DNA from: a virus
Taxonomy: Duplodnaviria > Caudoviricetes
IMG/VR virus record: IMGVR_UViG_3300017914_001323
Coordinates: 1 to 25,225 of that record
DNA length: 25,225 bases
Strand: one strand, 5' to 3'
A model generated the notes under the pieces. The model did not search any database. It was given only the letters and a program-made list of their open reading frames with translations, and was not told the DNA's origin. The position numbers and the translations under genes were made by a program. Every line of letters begins with the position of its first letter. Within the stretch, counting starts at the first letter, position 1. Of the stretch, positions 7,027 through 16,032 are shown piece after piece.

Positions 7027-7704
7027 TTATACTCCAAATGTTGATGATTTTTCAAGTGCGATCCAATAACGAACATTCATTTCAGTATGCTTAAACTGAG
7101 AGATCAACTTAGATGAAACACTCACCTCGTAATCTCCTGGTAGCACCTTCAGGTTAGGAATGCTCATAATAAAGTTGAACACCGCACCCTCAGGATAGTT
7201 ACCGTCAAGGTCAATAGAATAAACATTTGAAGTTGAGTTCGTACTGTCAACGACTGACAGTTTTAACACGCCATCATTCGCACTAATAGACAACTCGCTA
7301 TGACCCAACGTCGCTGCAGCACGTTTGACCTTGTTCATAGTTTCGTTATCCAATACAAACGAAACGTCTGCATCAGGCATGTTAATATCTTTTGTTGGCG
7401 AGGTCAAAGTTTCTTCAGGTGAGAAGAAGTATTTAATACTTGAGCGACCAGACTCATCGCTGACGGTCACTGATTCTTCACCGAACTTCAGGTTTGGTTT
7501 ATCTACGAGTCCAAGCACACCAATAAACTCATTCAAGTCATAGATGCCGAACCGCTGTGGAAACTCTTCGCCTACAACCGCAGTGGCGACAACGTTCCTC
7601 GCTTCCGAAATAGTTTTAATTGTATTACCTTCGTTGATCAATAGATTTTGATTGATCCCCGCAAAGTTTTTTAACACCGACATGGTGGTTTCATTCAATT
7701 CCAT
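7027..7704 (-). CDS. gp45: Sliding clamp
   Basis: LKNFAGINQNL, FGIYDLNEFIGVL, YWIALE C-terminus; synteny. Confidence 0.96.
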   Translation of the reverse strand: MELNETTMSVLKNFAGINQNLLINEGNTIKTISEARNVVATAVVGEEFPQRFGIYDLNEFIGVLGLVDKPNLKFGEESVTVSDESGRSSIKYFFSPEETLTSPTKDINMPDADVSFVLDNETMNKVKRAAATLGHSELSISANDGVLKLSVVDSTNSTSNVYSIDLDGNYPEGAVFNFIMSIPNLKVLPGDYEVSVSSKLISQFKHTEMNVRYWIALEKSSTFGV

Positions 7705-7733
7705 AGTTTTCTCCGTGTAAAAATATGTATCAT

Positions 7734-7762
7734 ATTATAACTCATTTTGAGACAAAAGTAAA
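7734..7762 (-). promoter_or_regulatory. Sigma70-type promoter of gp45
   Basis: TTTACT-N17-TATAAT. Confidence 0.8.
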
Positions 7763-7765
7763 GCA

Positions 7766-9478
7766 CTAAGCAACCATTTTGCTAAAGTTTTTTTCTTTCT
7801 TGAATTCTATCTTTGATTTAAACTTACCGTCAAGGATCTCACCTTTATGAGAGATGACAAATACATTCGTATCATCGTCGAGTGTATATAATATCTTCAA
7901 TAGATTATCTACACCCTCATGATCCAAAGAAGAATCAAAAGTTTCGTCAAGGATAAGAAGATTAGTAGCAACACTATTTTTCATCTTAGCAATTTGACGC
8001 CATGTGAAAAGCAAGGCAAGATCAATACGTTGCTTTTCACCTTCACTAAACGAGTCATAGGTAAACTCATCACGATGACGTGACCGTATAGTTTCCTGAA
8101 ATGACTCGTCTAGATTAAAGTGTACAAAGAAGTCAAGAACTTGCAAATATTGGTTTACAAGTTTATTGATCGCTGGCATATACTGTTTAATAATTTTTGT
8201 TTTAATTCCAGTATCTTTGAGCATTTCAGCGATAACCGTGTTGTAGTTAAACTGCTCAGACATAGTAATTTTATCTTCGAGCATTTTATCTTTATCACGT
8301 TTCATCTTATCGCGATCATTCTTTGCTTCAGTTAAGTCAGCACCAACCTGATTATTTAAGGCAGACTGGTACTCTTGGATTTGGTTCTGGAGCGCAGAGA
8401 TCTCCCTGTTGTTCTCACCGAGTTGAGATACTTTAGATCGTAGCGTTCGAAGTAACTCGCTGGTCTCGCTAATCGCTTCCTCCACCTTGCTCCCGTCCTC
8501 ACTGATCTTACTGCGTTGGGATTGAAGCGACTTTGCTTCTGACTTCGCTGACTCGAGAATCTCATGTTTATGAGAGTCTGAGATGGTTTGGTCGCATACG
8601 GAACATACCTCATTCTTCTCAAAAAACATGGCACGTTTGGCGACTTCCTTCGACTGCGTTTGAAGATCTTGACCTCTGAGCATAAGGGTCTGGCGTTGAT
8701 CAGATAAAGTCGACATCCTTTCCTCGGTGCTTCGTAGATTTTCTTCGAGACCATCGCTAATGAGAGTATTCTCATTTTGTAAGTCATCGATGTTATTCTT
8801 CGATGCTGATATCCTAGATTCATAGTCCCTCCTTGATTCCTCAGTAACTGCTGCTACATCTTTGATATACTTGTCTTGCGCAGCAATTTTATTATTCTGA
8901 ATATCAATATTGTAATTGAGGTCTTTTAATGAATCTTTAAGTGCATTCGTTTTCTCTTTAAGTAGAACGTTCATTTTACTGAACACATTAATATCAAGCA
9001 GATCTTCAATCACCTCACGTCTATGACTTGATTGTAACTGCATAAAAGGAATAAAAGAAGATGAACCGAGTACAACTACCTGATGAAACGTTTTATGGTT
9101 AAGTTTCAAAATATTTGTTTCGAGTATCTTTTGATATTCTTTAGCATGAGACGACTGATTAATCATAGTACCGTTTTTCCAGATCTCAAAGAGTCCTGGT
9201 TTAATACCACGAATAATTTTAAACTGTGCTTTACCGATTACAAACTCAACTTCTACAACACACCCTTTGTTGTTGATTGAGTTAATAAGTTGATTTTTGT
9301 TTATGCTTCTATGTGCCTTACCGAACAAACCGAACGATATAGCATCAAGCATAGTAGATTTACCTGCCCCATTTTGACCAACGACAAGAGTAGACTTATC
9401 TCTTGATAAATCTATCTCCGTGAAAGTATTACCTGTAGACAGGAAGTTTTTATATCTAACTTTTTTAAATAATATCAT
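7766..9478 (-). CDS. gp46: Recombination endonuclease ATPase subunit (Rad50/SbcC-like)
   Basis: Walker A GQNGAGKST, zinc hook CSVC, signature SFSEGEK, Walker B LILDE, H-loop ISH. Confidence 0.97.
   Translation of the reverse strand: MILFKKVRYKNFLSTGNTFTEIDLSRDKSTLVVGQNGAGKSTMLDAISFGLFGKAHRSINKNQLINSINNKGCVVEVEFVIGKAQFKIIRGIKPGLFEIWKNGTMINQSSHAKEYQKILETNILKLNHKTFHQVVVLGSSSFIPFMQLQSSHRREVIEDLLDINVFSKMNVLLKEKTNALKDSLKDLNYNIDIQNNKIAAQDKYIKDVAAVTEESRRDYESRISASKNNIDDLQNENTLISDGLEENLRSTEERMSTLSDQRQTLMLRGQDLQTQSKEVAKRAMFFEKNEVCSVCDQTISDSHKHEILESAKSEAKSLQSQRSKISEDGSKVEEAISETSELLRTLRSKVSQLGENNREISALQNQIQEYQSALNNQVGADLTEAKNDRDKMKRDKDKMLEDKITMSEQFNYNTVIAEMLKDTGIKTKIIKQYMPAINKLVNQYLQVLDFFVHFNLDESFQETIRSRHRDEFTYDSFSEGEKQRIDLALLFTWRQIAKMKNSVATNLLILDETFDSSLDHEGVDNLLKILYTLDDDTNVFVISHKGEILDGKFKSKIEFKKEKNFSKMVA
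8356..8823 (-). CDS. Candidate overprinted +1-frame gene within gp46 (155 aa, highly basic)
   Basis: AAGGAGG 4 nt before the ATG; ORF coincides with a local GC rise; 39 R+K versus 4 D+E. Confidence 0.4.
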   Translation of the reverse strand: MNLGYQHRRITSMTYKMRILSLAMVSKKIYEAPRKGCRLYLINARPLCSEVKIFKRSRRKSPNVPCFLRRMRYVPYATKPSQTLINMRFSSQRSQKQSRFNPNAVRSVRTGARWRKRLARPASYFERYDLKYLNSVRTTGRSLRSRTKSKSTSLP

Positions 9479-10536
9479 GCAACTTCTAGTGCCTGTGCTT
9501 CCGTCATAAGTTCACGCACCTGCCCTTTGATGCGTTTTTTATCTAAGTCAGTATCCACTGCGTCAATGTAGGTGTCTACAATCTCTGCTGTGTCATCAAA
9601 GTTGATCTCGTTATCATCAACATTTTCACCGATGAACTCACTAAAATTCTCAGCAATTTTCAGTTCATGAATATCACGGTTTTGAATACGATCAATAAAC
9701 CGATCAAATACGAACTGATCCTTTTTATTAATAACAACGACCTTAACAAACTTGTTGTCAAGATGTTCAACGTCCATACTATTATAATCCATTTTCTCAT
9801 CGTCGTAAAGGATTTTTTCAAATAAAGTATGAGGATTGCTAATTTTTTCTATCTCACGAGTTTCTGTATCTATTACATGAAACCCTTTCGGGTCATGAGC
9901 ATCAGACCAGAAAAACTCCATCTGAGTTCCTAGATAAAAAATGTTGTCTATTTTAGATGAGGCATGATAGTGACCGCTCAAGACCATTTCAAATTTATCA
10001 AAGAGTTTATGATCAAGACCGTGTGTACTTTTGACACCACGCATCATTTCAAAACCGTTTAGTTCTAGATGAGCACCCAACCAGTCTGCCTTACACTCTC
10101 GAATAAACTTCATAAAGGGATCAAAGTTTTCTTGATTGATCCATGGGAGCATAGCGATTTTTAAAGACCCATATTCCATCACCGTAGGTTCCATGATAAT
10201 ATGGACTTCGTTCATATAGTAACCGAGCAGTTCTTTCAAACTGTTCAGGTCATTTGTATTTTTGTAAAACGTATCGTGGTTCCCAGGAATAATATCCATA
10301 CGCATTCCAAGTTTGCGCATAGGGTCTAGGAAATTCTTACGATTATGATTCAGTGCTTTAAAGTTAACAAACTTGCGGTGATCATAGTAATCGCCAAGAT
10401 GTACGATCTGTTTAATGTTATGTTCTTCACAGTATGGAAAGAAAACCTTACTGTAAAAGTCTGCAGCATTCCTAAGAAATATTTCAGATGAGTTTCTAAT
10501 GCCGCAGTGAGTATCATTAAGAACTGCGATCTTCAT
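9475..10536 (-). CDS. gp47: Recombination endonuclease nuclease subunit (Mre11/SbcD-like)
   Basis: Phosphoesterase motifs DTH, GDYYD, GNHD, GHYH. Confidence 0.97.
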   Translation of the reverse strand: MKIAVLNDTHCGIRNSSEIFLRNAADFYSKVFFPYCEEHNIKQIVHLGDYYDHRKFVNFKALNHNRKNFLDPMRKLGMRMDIIPGNHDTFYKNTNDLNSLKELLGYYMNEVHIIMEPTVMEYGSLKIAMLPWINQENFDPFMKFIRECKADWLGAHLELNGFEMMRGVKSTHGLDHKLFDKFEMVLSGHYHASSKIDNIFYLGTQMEFFWSDAHDPKGFHVIDTETREIEKISNPHTLFEKILYDDEKMDYNSMDVEHLDNKFVKVVVINKKDQFVFDRFIDRIQNRDIHELKIAENFSEFIGENVDDNEINFDDTAEIVDTYIDAVDTDLDKKRIKGQVRELMTEAQALEVA

Positions 10537-11206
10537 GTTGTTTCAATCTCTCATAATAATTATTTTTTGCTAGAATTTTATTCAACTTTTCGATAGTATC
10601 TTCTTCCAAGTAGTCAACATAACCACCAATTTTACCTTTTCTGACCTTTTGTGCTTCTGGTCCGTTTTTTGAATAAAATTGATAATTTCTTTTAGAGTAT
10701 TGAGGATCTTTATGGAACTTTTTCATTTTATTAAATTCACATTCTTCGACGACTTTTTTAATTTCATCATGAGGAATTACTTTGTTGCAAAAATCTAATA
10801 GAGATTTCATTTCTTCTACGCAATTGCGTTTTAGATTTTCGTATGAAATAAGATGAAAGGATCCGAAAGAATCTTTACTTTCTAAAACTGCTAGATGATG
10901 ATCAATTACCTTTTGGATATTCAACTTACAAAATTGATTTATCTCATTTGGCATTTTATCATCTTTTTTCCTTACAACCATTTGGAAGTACCATGATACG
11001 ACTGTATCTATTGGACATCTAATCATGTATATACACTTCATTTTATGCATTTGCTTTGAATGTTTTTTCAACTTCTTTTCATAAAATGAAAATTTCATTT
11101 CCTTGTTGACTTTACCATGCTCATATTCATATTTGACATTCAACTTGTCTAGCATTACTCTTAACCAAGTCCTACCAGATTTAGGAAATGATACTAACAC
11201 TATCAC
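10517..11206 (-). CDS. PAPS-dependent sulfotransferase
   Basis: 5'-PSB loop SFPKSGRTW, 3'-PB motif IRCPIDTVVSWY, ISYENLK, C-terminal RKGKIGGY. Confidence 0.9.
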   Translation of the reverse strand: MIVLVSFPKSGRTWLRVMLDKLNVKYEYEHGKVNKEMKFSFYEKKLKKHSKQMHKMKCIYMIRCPIDTVVSWYFQMVVRKKDDKMPNEINQFCKLNIQKVIDHHLAVLESKDSFGSFHLISYENLKRNCVEEMKSLLDFCNKVIPHDEIKKVVEECEFNKMKKFHKDPQYSKRNYQFYSKNGPEAQKVRKGKIGGYVDYLEEDTIEKLNKILAKNNYYERLKQHEDRSS

Positions 11207-11799
11207 GTCATAAACTCCTGTAAATCAGAATCAACTGAGCGTGTTCTTTTCTTCGCTTGCTTTTCTGCTTTAGCAAACTCTTTCACCTCAGTGTCAACAC
11301 TTCTTACTTTTTCGATTCTATCACGAAGAGTATCAACGAAAGCACCAACAACCTGTTGAGACATATCATCACCCAACTCATTGTCGATAAAGTTTTCTAC
11401 TCCGCTTCTTGTTAAATATTTTAATTTGATATCCTGTTGCTTTTTCTCTTTAGCAATACGTCTTAAAAACGCATACCATGTAATTTGCGTAAAGTATGCA
11501 AACGCATTAGGTTTCCCTGTACGAGTTGCTGCTTCGATGTTATAATTTTCAACTGCTTTCAAACAGTTTTCAACTGCATCCATGACCATCTCTTCGCGAT
11601 ATGTGTAGCGAATAAAATTAGATTTGTGAGACAAACCCTCAGCGATTCGTAGGAAACACTGAGCAATATAGTCTGGTACTACTGGAAGTTGTTGATTGTT
11701 TTCTTTTGCTGTTCGTACTTCTTTTACATACTCGACGACTGCTTCAGAGAAGTCAGCATTATTCACATAATGGATACTTGCTCTTTTAGTTCGTGCCAT
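11203..11799 (-). CDS. gp55: Late-transcription sigma factor (start revised to ATG 11799)
   Basis: HYVNN, FIRYTYREEMVMDAVENCL, NAFAYFTQI..YAFLRRIAKEKKQ. AAGGAG precedes ATG 11799; the track start at 11817 abuts the -10 box. Confidence 0.96.
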   Translation of the reverse strand: MARTKRASIHYVNNADFSEAVVEYVKEVRTAKENNQQLPVVPDYIAQCFLRIAEGLSHKSNFIRYTYREEMVMDAVENCLKAVENYNIEAATRTGKPNAFAYFTQITWYAFLRRIAKEKKQQDIKLKYLTRSGVENFIDNELGDDMSQQVVGAFVDTLRDRIEKVRSVDTEVKEFAKAEKQAKKRTRSVDSDLQEFMT

Positions 11800-11818
11800 A
11801 ATATTCTCCTTCACCATT

Positions 11819-11847
11819 ATTATACTAAATTTTATGGAAAAGGTAAA
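11819..11847 (-). promoter_or_regulatory. Sigma70-type promoter of gp55
   Basis: TTTACC-N17-TATAAT. Confidence 0.8.
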
Positions 11848-11882
11848 GGAATATCTTTTTCTGCAACAAGAAAAGAAAGTCC

Positions 11883-11911
11883 TTGCCTAAATCGTTTTTT
11901 TATAGTATAAT
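11883..11911 (+). promoter_or_regulatory. Divergent (antisense) sigma70-type promoter
   Basis: TTGCCT-N17-TATAAT on the plus strand, with an A-rich tract upstream. Confidence 0.6.
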
Positions 11912-11942
11912 AGCATATATGCGCCAGAGAGGGGGAATACCC

Positions 11943-12422
11943 TCAATGGAACGTGTCGGTCTTTGGTTTAAAGTGAATTAAGTTCGGGGTCGCCGAATCT
12001 ACTTCATAAGACTGTTTTTCCTTAAACTCTTTTTCACGAAGTTTTTGTTCAATGAACTCTGCTAGATCTTCATCTTCTAATTCATTTGCTTCATTAATAA
12101 TTTCATCAAGTCCGAGTTCTCTCTTTAACTCAGCACTTTGCTCTATCTCTTTCCATGCACCCATCCAGTGTACCTTTAAAACATTAGAAGGATTCGTTTC
12201 AGTAATGATGTGCCCACCATTCAATACTGATATTGCATCCGCATCATCTTGAAAGGAGTTCCAAGGACGAAAAGAATAGTATCTTATATTTTGATCGTAA
12301 TCATCAGCGCAAATTACTCGTAGAATTTTTCTGACGACTAACTCATCAGTCTCCTCGTGATGTTCCATGACTTCACAAACGACCTCTTCGTTGTTCGTAA
12401 GTTTGAGTTGTTTAATTGTCAT
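11943..12422 (-). CDS. Conserved hypothetical protein between uvsW and gp55
   Basis: IKQLKLTNNEEVVCEV N-terminus typical of this T4-like slot; ATGA overlap with uvsW; acidic tail. Confidence 0.88.
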   Translation of the reverse strand: MTIKQLKLTNNEEVVCEVMEHHEETDELVVRKILRVICADDYDQNIRYYSFRPWNSFQDDADAISVLNGGHIITETNPSNVLKVHWMGAWKEIEQSAELKRELGLDEIINEANELEDEDLAEFIEQKLREKEFKEKQSYEVDSATPNLIHFKPKTDTFH

Positions 12423-13891
12423 AATTCTACTTTCGTTGTTTTATAATCGAATTGCTCTTTTTTATACATCTTCAATCGTTCATACGAGTGAAGCAGTGCA
12501 TAGTTTTGCCTTTTTTGCCAACTAAGATCATCCGTGATATCATATAGAGTTGTTATCCTACCGTCATCAGATTTACGAAGACCTCGCCCGATAGATTGTA
12601 AAACCCTAATCTGTGATTTACTTGGTGAAGCAAATATAATATTATGTAGGTTCTTAATATTAATGCCTGTAGAGAAAGTGCCTAGTGAAGCAACAATGAC
12701 CGCTCCTGACAATTTTTCCACAATGCCTCGTATTGCTTCACGGTCGGAGGTATCCGTATCACCAGATACAAAAAAGACTTTACGACCTTCATCTGCTTTA
12801 TCCCTTATCTGATTAAATAGAGGTTTTCCATGCTTGTCAACATAGTTATATAGTACAAGCGTGTTACCCTTTAAATCAAGAGCGAGATTTGAAATTAAAT
12901 TATTTCTTTTTTCGTGTTGGACAATAAAGTCAATTTCGTCTTGGTATTTTTGCTTGCCGAACGTTTTCCTGAGTGTCTGTGGATAAGTAAGAACGAGTCG
13001 CCTGATTGATAATTTTGCCAAAGTGTCGTTATCTTGCAAGGACTTTGTTGTGGTGACCTTGTAGATTTTCCCGAATAAACCTTGTAAGACCAACTCATGA
13101 GTTTGCGCTCCATCTAGTGTACCTGTAGTTCCGAACCTGTACCCTGCTTGTGTACATTTATTCATGATACCAGTTAGGGACTTAGATTTAAACCCATGAA
13201 CCTCATCACCGAACACGCAACCGAACTGCTCAAACCAAACCTTTGGAAGTTTATAGATTGATTGCCAAGTCGTAACAACTACACGTTTTTCTGTAGTTTT
13301 ATCTTTACCTGAATAAATTCTATGAACTTCTCTCTCTACATCATAACCATAGAGTTTGAAGTCAGAATACATTTGCTCAACGAGTGAAGTAGTAGGAACG
13401 ACAACTAAGACGTTATCGTTATGCTCTTCAAGATACCAGCGCATAATGCTGTATATCATAAGAGATTTACCAGACCCTGTAGGTGATAGTAAGATAGCAC
13501 GTTTACGAGTAATCGCCTCACCGATCGCCCCAAACTGATAATCACGCATAGGAAAAGGCAATCCAAGTGACTGCTCAAACTGTTTTAATAGTGCTGGTGT
13601 AATATTATTTTTATCGTCGGGTGAACCGTATTCAGAGTCAACAGTATCACATACATAACCACGTTGCTCGCAGAATCCAACGAGGTGATAAAAAAGTCCT
13701 ACAGGCAAAGTGTTCGTTTGCCGATTAAACAAACGAATTTTACCATCCCACAAACGATTGCGGAACGCTGGCATAAATTTATAACCAGGAACGAAAAAAG
13801 AGAAGAACTCATTTAGTTCTTGAGATGTACCCGAATCGCACTGTACGATTAGATCGCTATGATTTAATTTCCAGACTCGAACTGTTTCCAT
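12419..13891 (-). CDS. uvsW: SF2 DNA/RNA-DNA helicase UvsW
   Basis: WDGKIRLF, SPTGSGKS, DEVH, TGT, QSIGRGLR. Confidence 0.97.
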   Translation of the reverse strand: METVRVWKLNHSDLIVQCDSGTSQELNEFFSFFVPGYKFMPAFRNRLWDGKIRLFNRQTNTLPVGLFYHLVGFCEQRGYVCDTVDSEYGSPDDKNNITPALLKQFEQSLGLPFPMRDYQFGAIGEAITRKRAILLSPTGSGKSLMIYSIMRWYLEEHNDNVLVVVPTTSLVEQMYSDFKLYGYDVEREVHRIYSGKDKTTEKRVVVTTWQSIYKLPKVWFEQFGCVFGDEVHGFKSKSLTGIMNKCTQAGYRFGTTGTLDGAQTHELVLQGLFGKIYKVTTTKSLQDNDTLAKLSIRRLVLTYPQTLRKTFGKQKYQDEIDFIVQHEKRNNLISNLALDLKGNTLVLYNYVDKHGKPLFNQIRDKADEGRKVFFVSGDTDTSDREAIRGIVEKLSGAVIVASLGTFSTGINIKNLHNIIFASPSKSQIRVLQSIGRGLRKSDDGRITTLYDITDDLSWQKRQNYALLHSYERLKMYKKEQFDYKTTKVEL

Positions 13892-14310
13892 TTAATTATA
13901 TTACTTATCGTCTGATGACGCCACTTCAGATTGTCTACAATATCTATAAGTGTTTCTATCACTGTTTTCCAATATTGTATTTTTTCTTCGGACTTTTGTA
14001 TTTCAGGATCAGAATCATAGTAGTATTCCATCTCACCCTTTAATACTTTTAGACCGTTGAAAGGATCAGGTTCCCAACCCTTTTCCATAATATCTTCATG
14101 CGCCATCTTGCCGTTGTAATATAACCACTTGTCTTTCAACAGGGTCTTTTGGGCAAACTCTTGACGTTTGAGTTGAAGTTTAGCAGTAGAGAGAAGTTCT
14201 AGATATTTAGCATGAAGCGCAGGTGTGTTTTTAGATGCTTCATCTAATTTCATATTGTTTATCTGGCAGTCCTGCTGCCACATCTCATGTATATTCTTCA
14301 AATCAATCAT
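13864..14310 (-). CDS. uvsY: Recombination mediator UvsY
   Basis: LHAKYL, KWLYYNGK, LKWRHQTISNIIKW; adjacent to uvsW. Confidence 0.93.
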   Translation of the reverse strand: MIDLKNIHEMWQQDCQINNMKLDEASKNTPALHAKYLELLSTAKLQLKRQEFAQKTLLKDKWLYYNGKMAHEDIMEKGWEPDPFNGLKVLKGEMEYYYDSDPEIQKSEEKIQYWKTVIETLIDIVDNLKWRHQTISNIIKWKQFESGN

Positions 14311-14316
14311 GCTTAT

Positions 14317-14345
14317 ATTATATCATAAAAAAGGTATTTAGTAAA
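14317..14345 (-). promoter_or_regulatory. Sigma70-type promoter of uvsY, predicting a leaderless mRNA
   Basis: TTTACT-N17-TATAAT, then 6 nt to the ATG; no SD. Confidence 0.78.
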
Positions 14346-14353
14346 GTAAAAAG

Positions 14354-16024
14354 TTATGTTTTCTTGTAGATAGTATCACCACTTGAATAATTCGTACCGC
14401 CACTTGATATAGTTATATCTGTTCTGTTATCGCCGACTCTGATAGCAGTTCCTGAACCGAATAAGTCTCCACCGCCAGAATAGTTGACCTGAGTATAGTA
14501 GGTTGTATTTGTAGTCGTTTGACTGTAGTATGTGGTTCTGCTTCCAGTGTTCCATGTACTCAAATTAGGAGTAGCAGAACCAGAGTTTGCTGTTAAAATT
14601 TGAGTTGCGGATTTTGCATTAGCATAATAAATTGTTCCTCCAGTCGCACTAGCAGGTTTATTGTAACCTACATTAAACTCAGGGACAAGAGTTAAAACAG
14701 TTGCAAAACTTGCATTATTAACGTTTGTGATTCTAAAATACTGCCCTCTTGCTCTATCCATATTATCAAATGCTACAAGTTTTCCATTTGATAGATACGT
14801 AGACCAATATTGTTGCGTACCTTTATCAGACCACTCAATCTCCGCAGTTGTTCTAATCCAACCACCGCCAACGACATTCCATGTAAATGATTGACTAGAC
14901 CAACTACCACTAGGGACTTGTCTAGTTGCTGTACTGCTTGTCATCGTGACTGAATTATTGCCATTTGAGTTTTGAGATAATGTTCTACTTACTAATGCTG
15001 ATGTGTTTTGACCAGAAGCGATAACAGGACCTTGATAAGCATTCCATGAAGAAACAGAACTTGGATTTGCAAGAGCAACGATTAGTTCATATGTTCTATT
15101 TCCAGTGCTAGTCCATGATGTCACTTGTGTGTTATAACTGCTATATGTTGCTCCAGTAATAGTTCCATAACTTGCAAAACTTGACGAGTTTGAAATAAGT
15201 CTACCATTAGCAAATGTTGTTCTGTAGTCACCACCTTCTCTTCGTACAGTACCTGAACCATGATTGTTTGAAGCAGAACTTCCTGCACTTGCATTATTAT
15301 CTGGCCAAGTGACTGCAGTTACCGTAACCTCATCAGTTCCGTCTAGTTTCGATATAGTATCAGTGGCAGCAATCTGAGATGTTTTATTACCGCTCACTAT
15401 CATCTGTGTGTTTGTAGGTGCTTGGTATAAAGTACCGATAGATGTAACTTCAAACAGTGAGATTGTAATATCAGCAGAGTCTACACCGATAGCATTACCA
15501 TCACTCTTAGATCCAAACATCTTAAATGAGTATGCACCACTTGCCGATGAATCTACTGATAACGTAACGGTGTTCCCAGTTATAGAATAGTTAAGTGCGC
15601 TATCGGTAATATTTGATGGGTTAAACGAAATTACAAGATCTTTTAAGTTTACCTGATCAAAGTCACTATCTGTTACAGTGACTGTAATTGTATCATCTGC
15701 GCTATCTAAGATATATTGATCTGAATCAAATGTAACACTCGGTGAAGTATTTACAAGTGCAACGTTATACCAACCCGATCCGTTGGAAATATAAAATCGA
15801 GCGTTGTTACTGTCTATTGGAACGAAAGCACGATCACCAGAAGATAATCCTGATATTGGAAGATTCCTTACTTCATTGTGTGATCTAACTTTAAACCCAT
15901 CTACAATATCACTTGCTTTTGCAGAATCTAATGCCTCATCGTTTTTTAAACGAAGTGATCTAGTTTTTATTTGACCGTCTCGTTTAATAAGGTCTACGAT
16001 TGCTCTATTTCTTGACCTTGCCAT
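14354..16024 (-). CDS. Virion/tail-fibre-associated protein (556 aa), paralog of the adjacent gene
   Basis: S/T/G/N-rich. N-terminal GDRAFV...RFYISNGSGWYNVALVNTSP is shared with the 395-aa neighbour. Confidence 0.8.
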   Translation of the reverse strand: MARSRNRAIVDLIKRDGQIKTRSLRLKNDEALDSAKASDIVDGFKVRSHNEVRNLPISGLSSGDRAFVPIDSNNARFYISNGSGWYNVALVNTSPSVTFDSDQYILDSADDTITVTVTDSDFDQVNLKDLVISFNPSNITDSALNYSITGNTVTLSVDSSASGAYSFKMFGSKSDGNAIGVDSADITISLFEVTSIGTLYQAPTNTQMIVSGNKTSQIAATDTISKLDGTDEVTVTAVTWPDNNASAGSSASNNHGSGTVRREGGDYRTTFANGRLISNSSSFASYGTITGATYSSYNTQVTSWTSTGNRTYELIVALANPSSVSSWNAYQGPVIASGQNTSALVSRTLSQNSNGNNSVTMTSSTATRQVPSGSWSSQSFTWNVVGGGWIRTTAEIEWSDKGTQQYWSTYLSNGKLVAFDNMDRARGQYFRITNVNNASFATVLTLVPEFNVGYNKPASATGGTIYYANAKSATQILTANSGSATPNLSTWNTGSRTTYYSQTTTNTTYYTQVNYSGGGDLFGSGTAIRVGDNRTDITISSGGTNYSSGDTIYKKT

Positions 16025-16032
16025 TATACACC

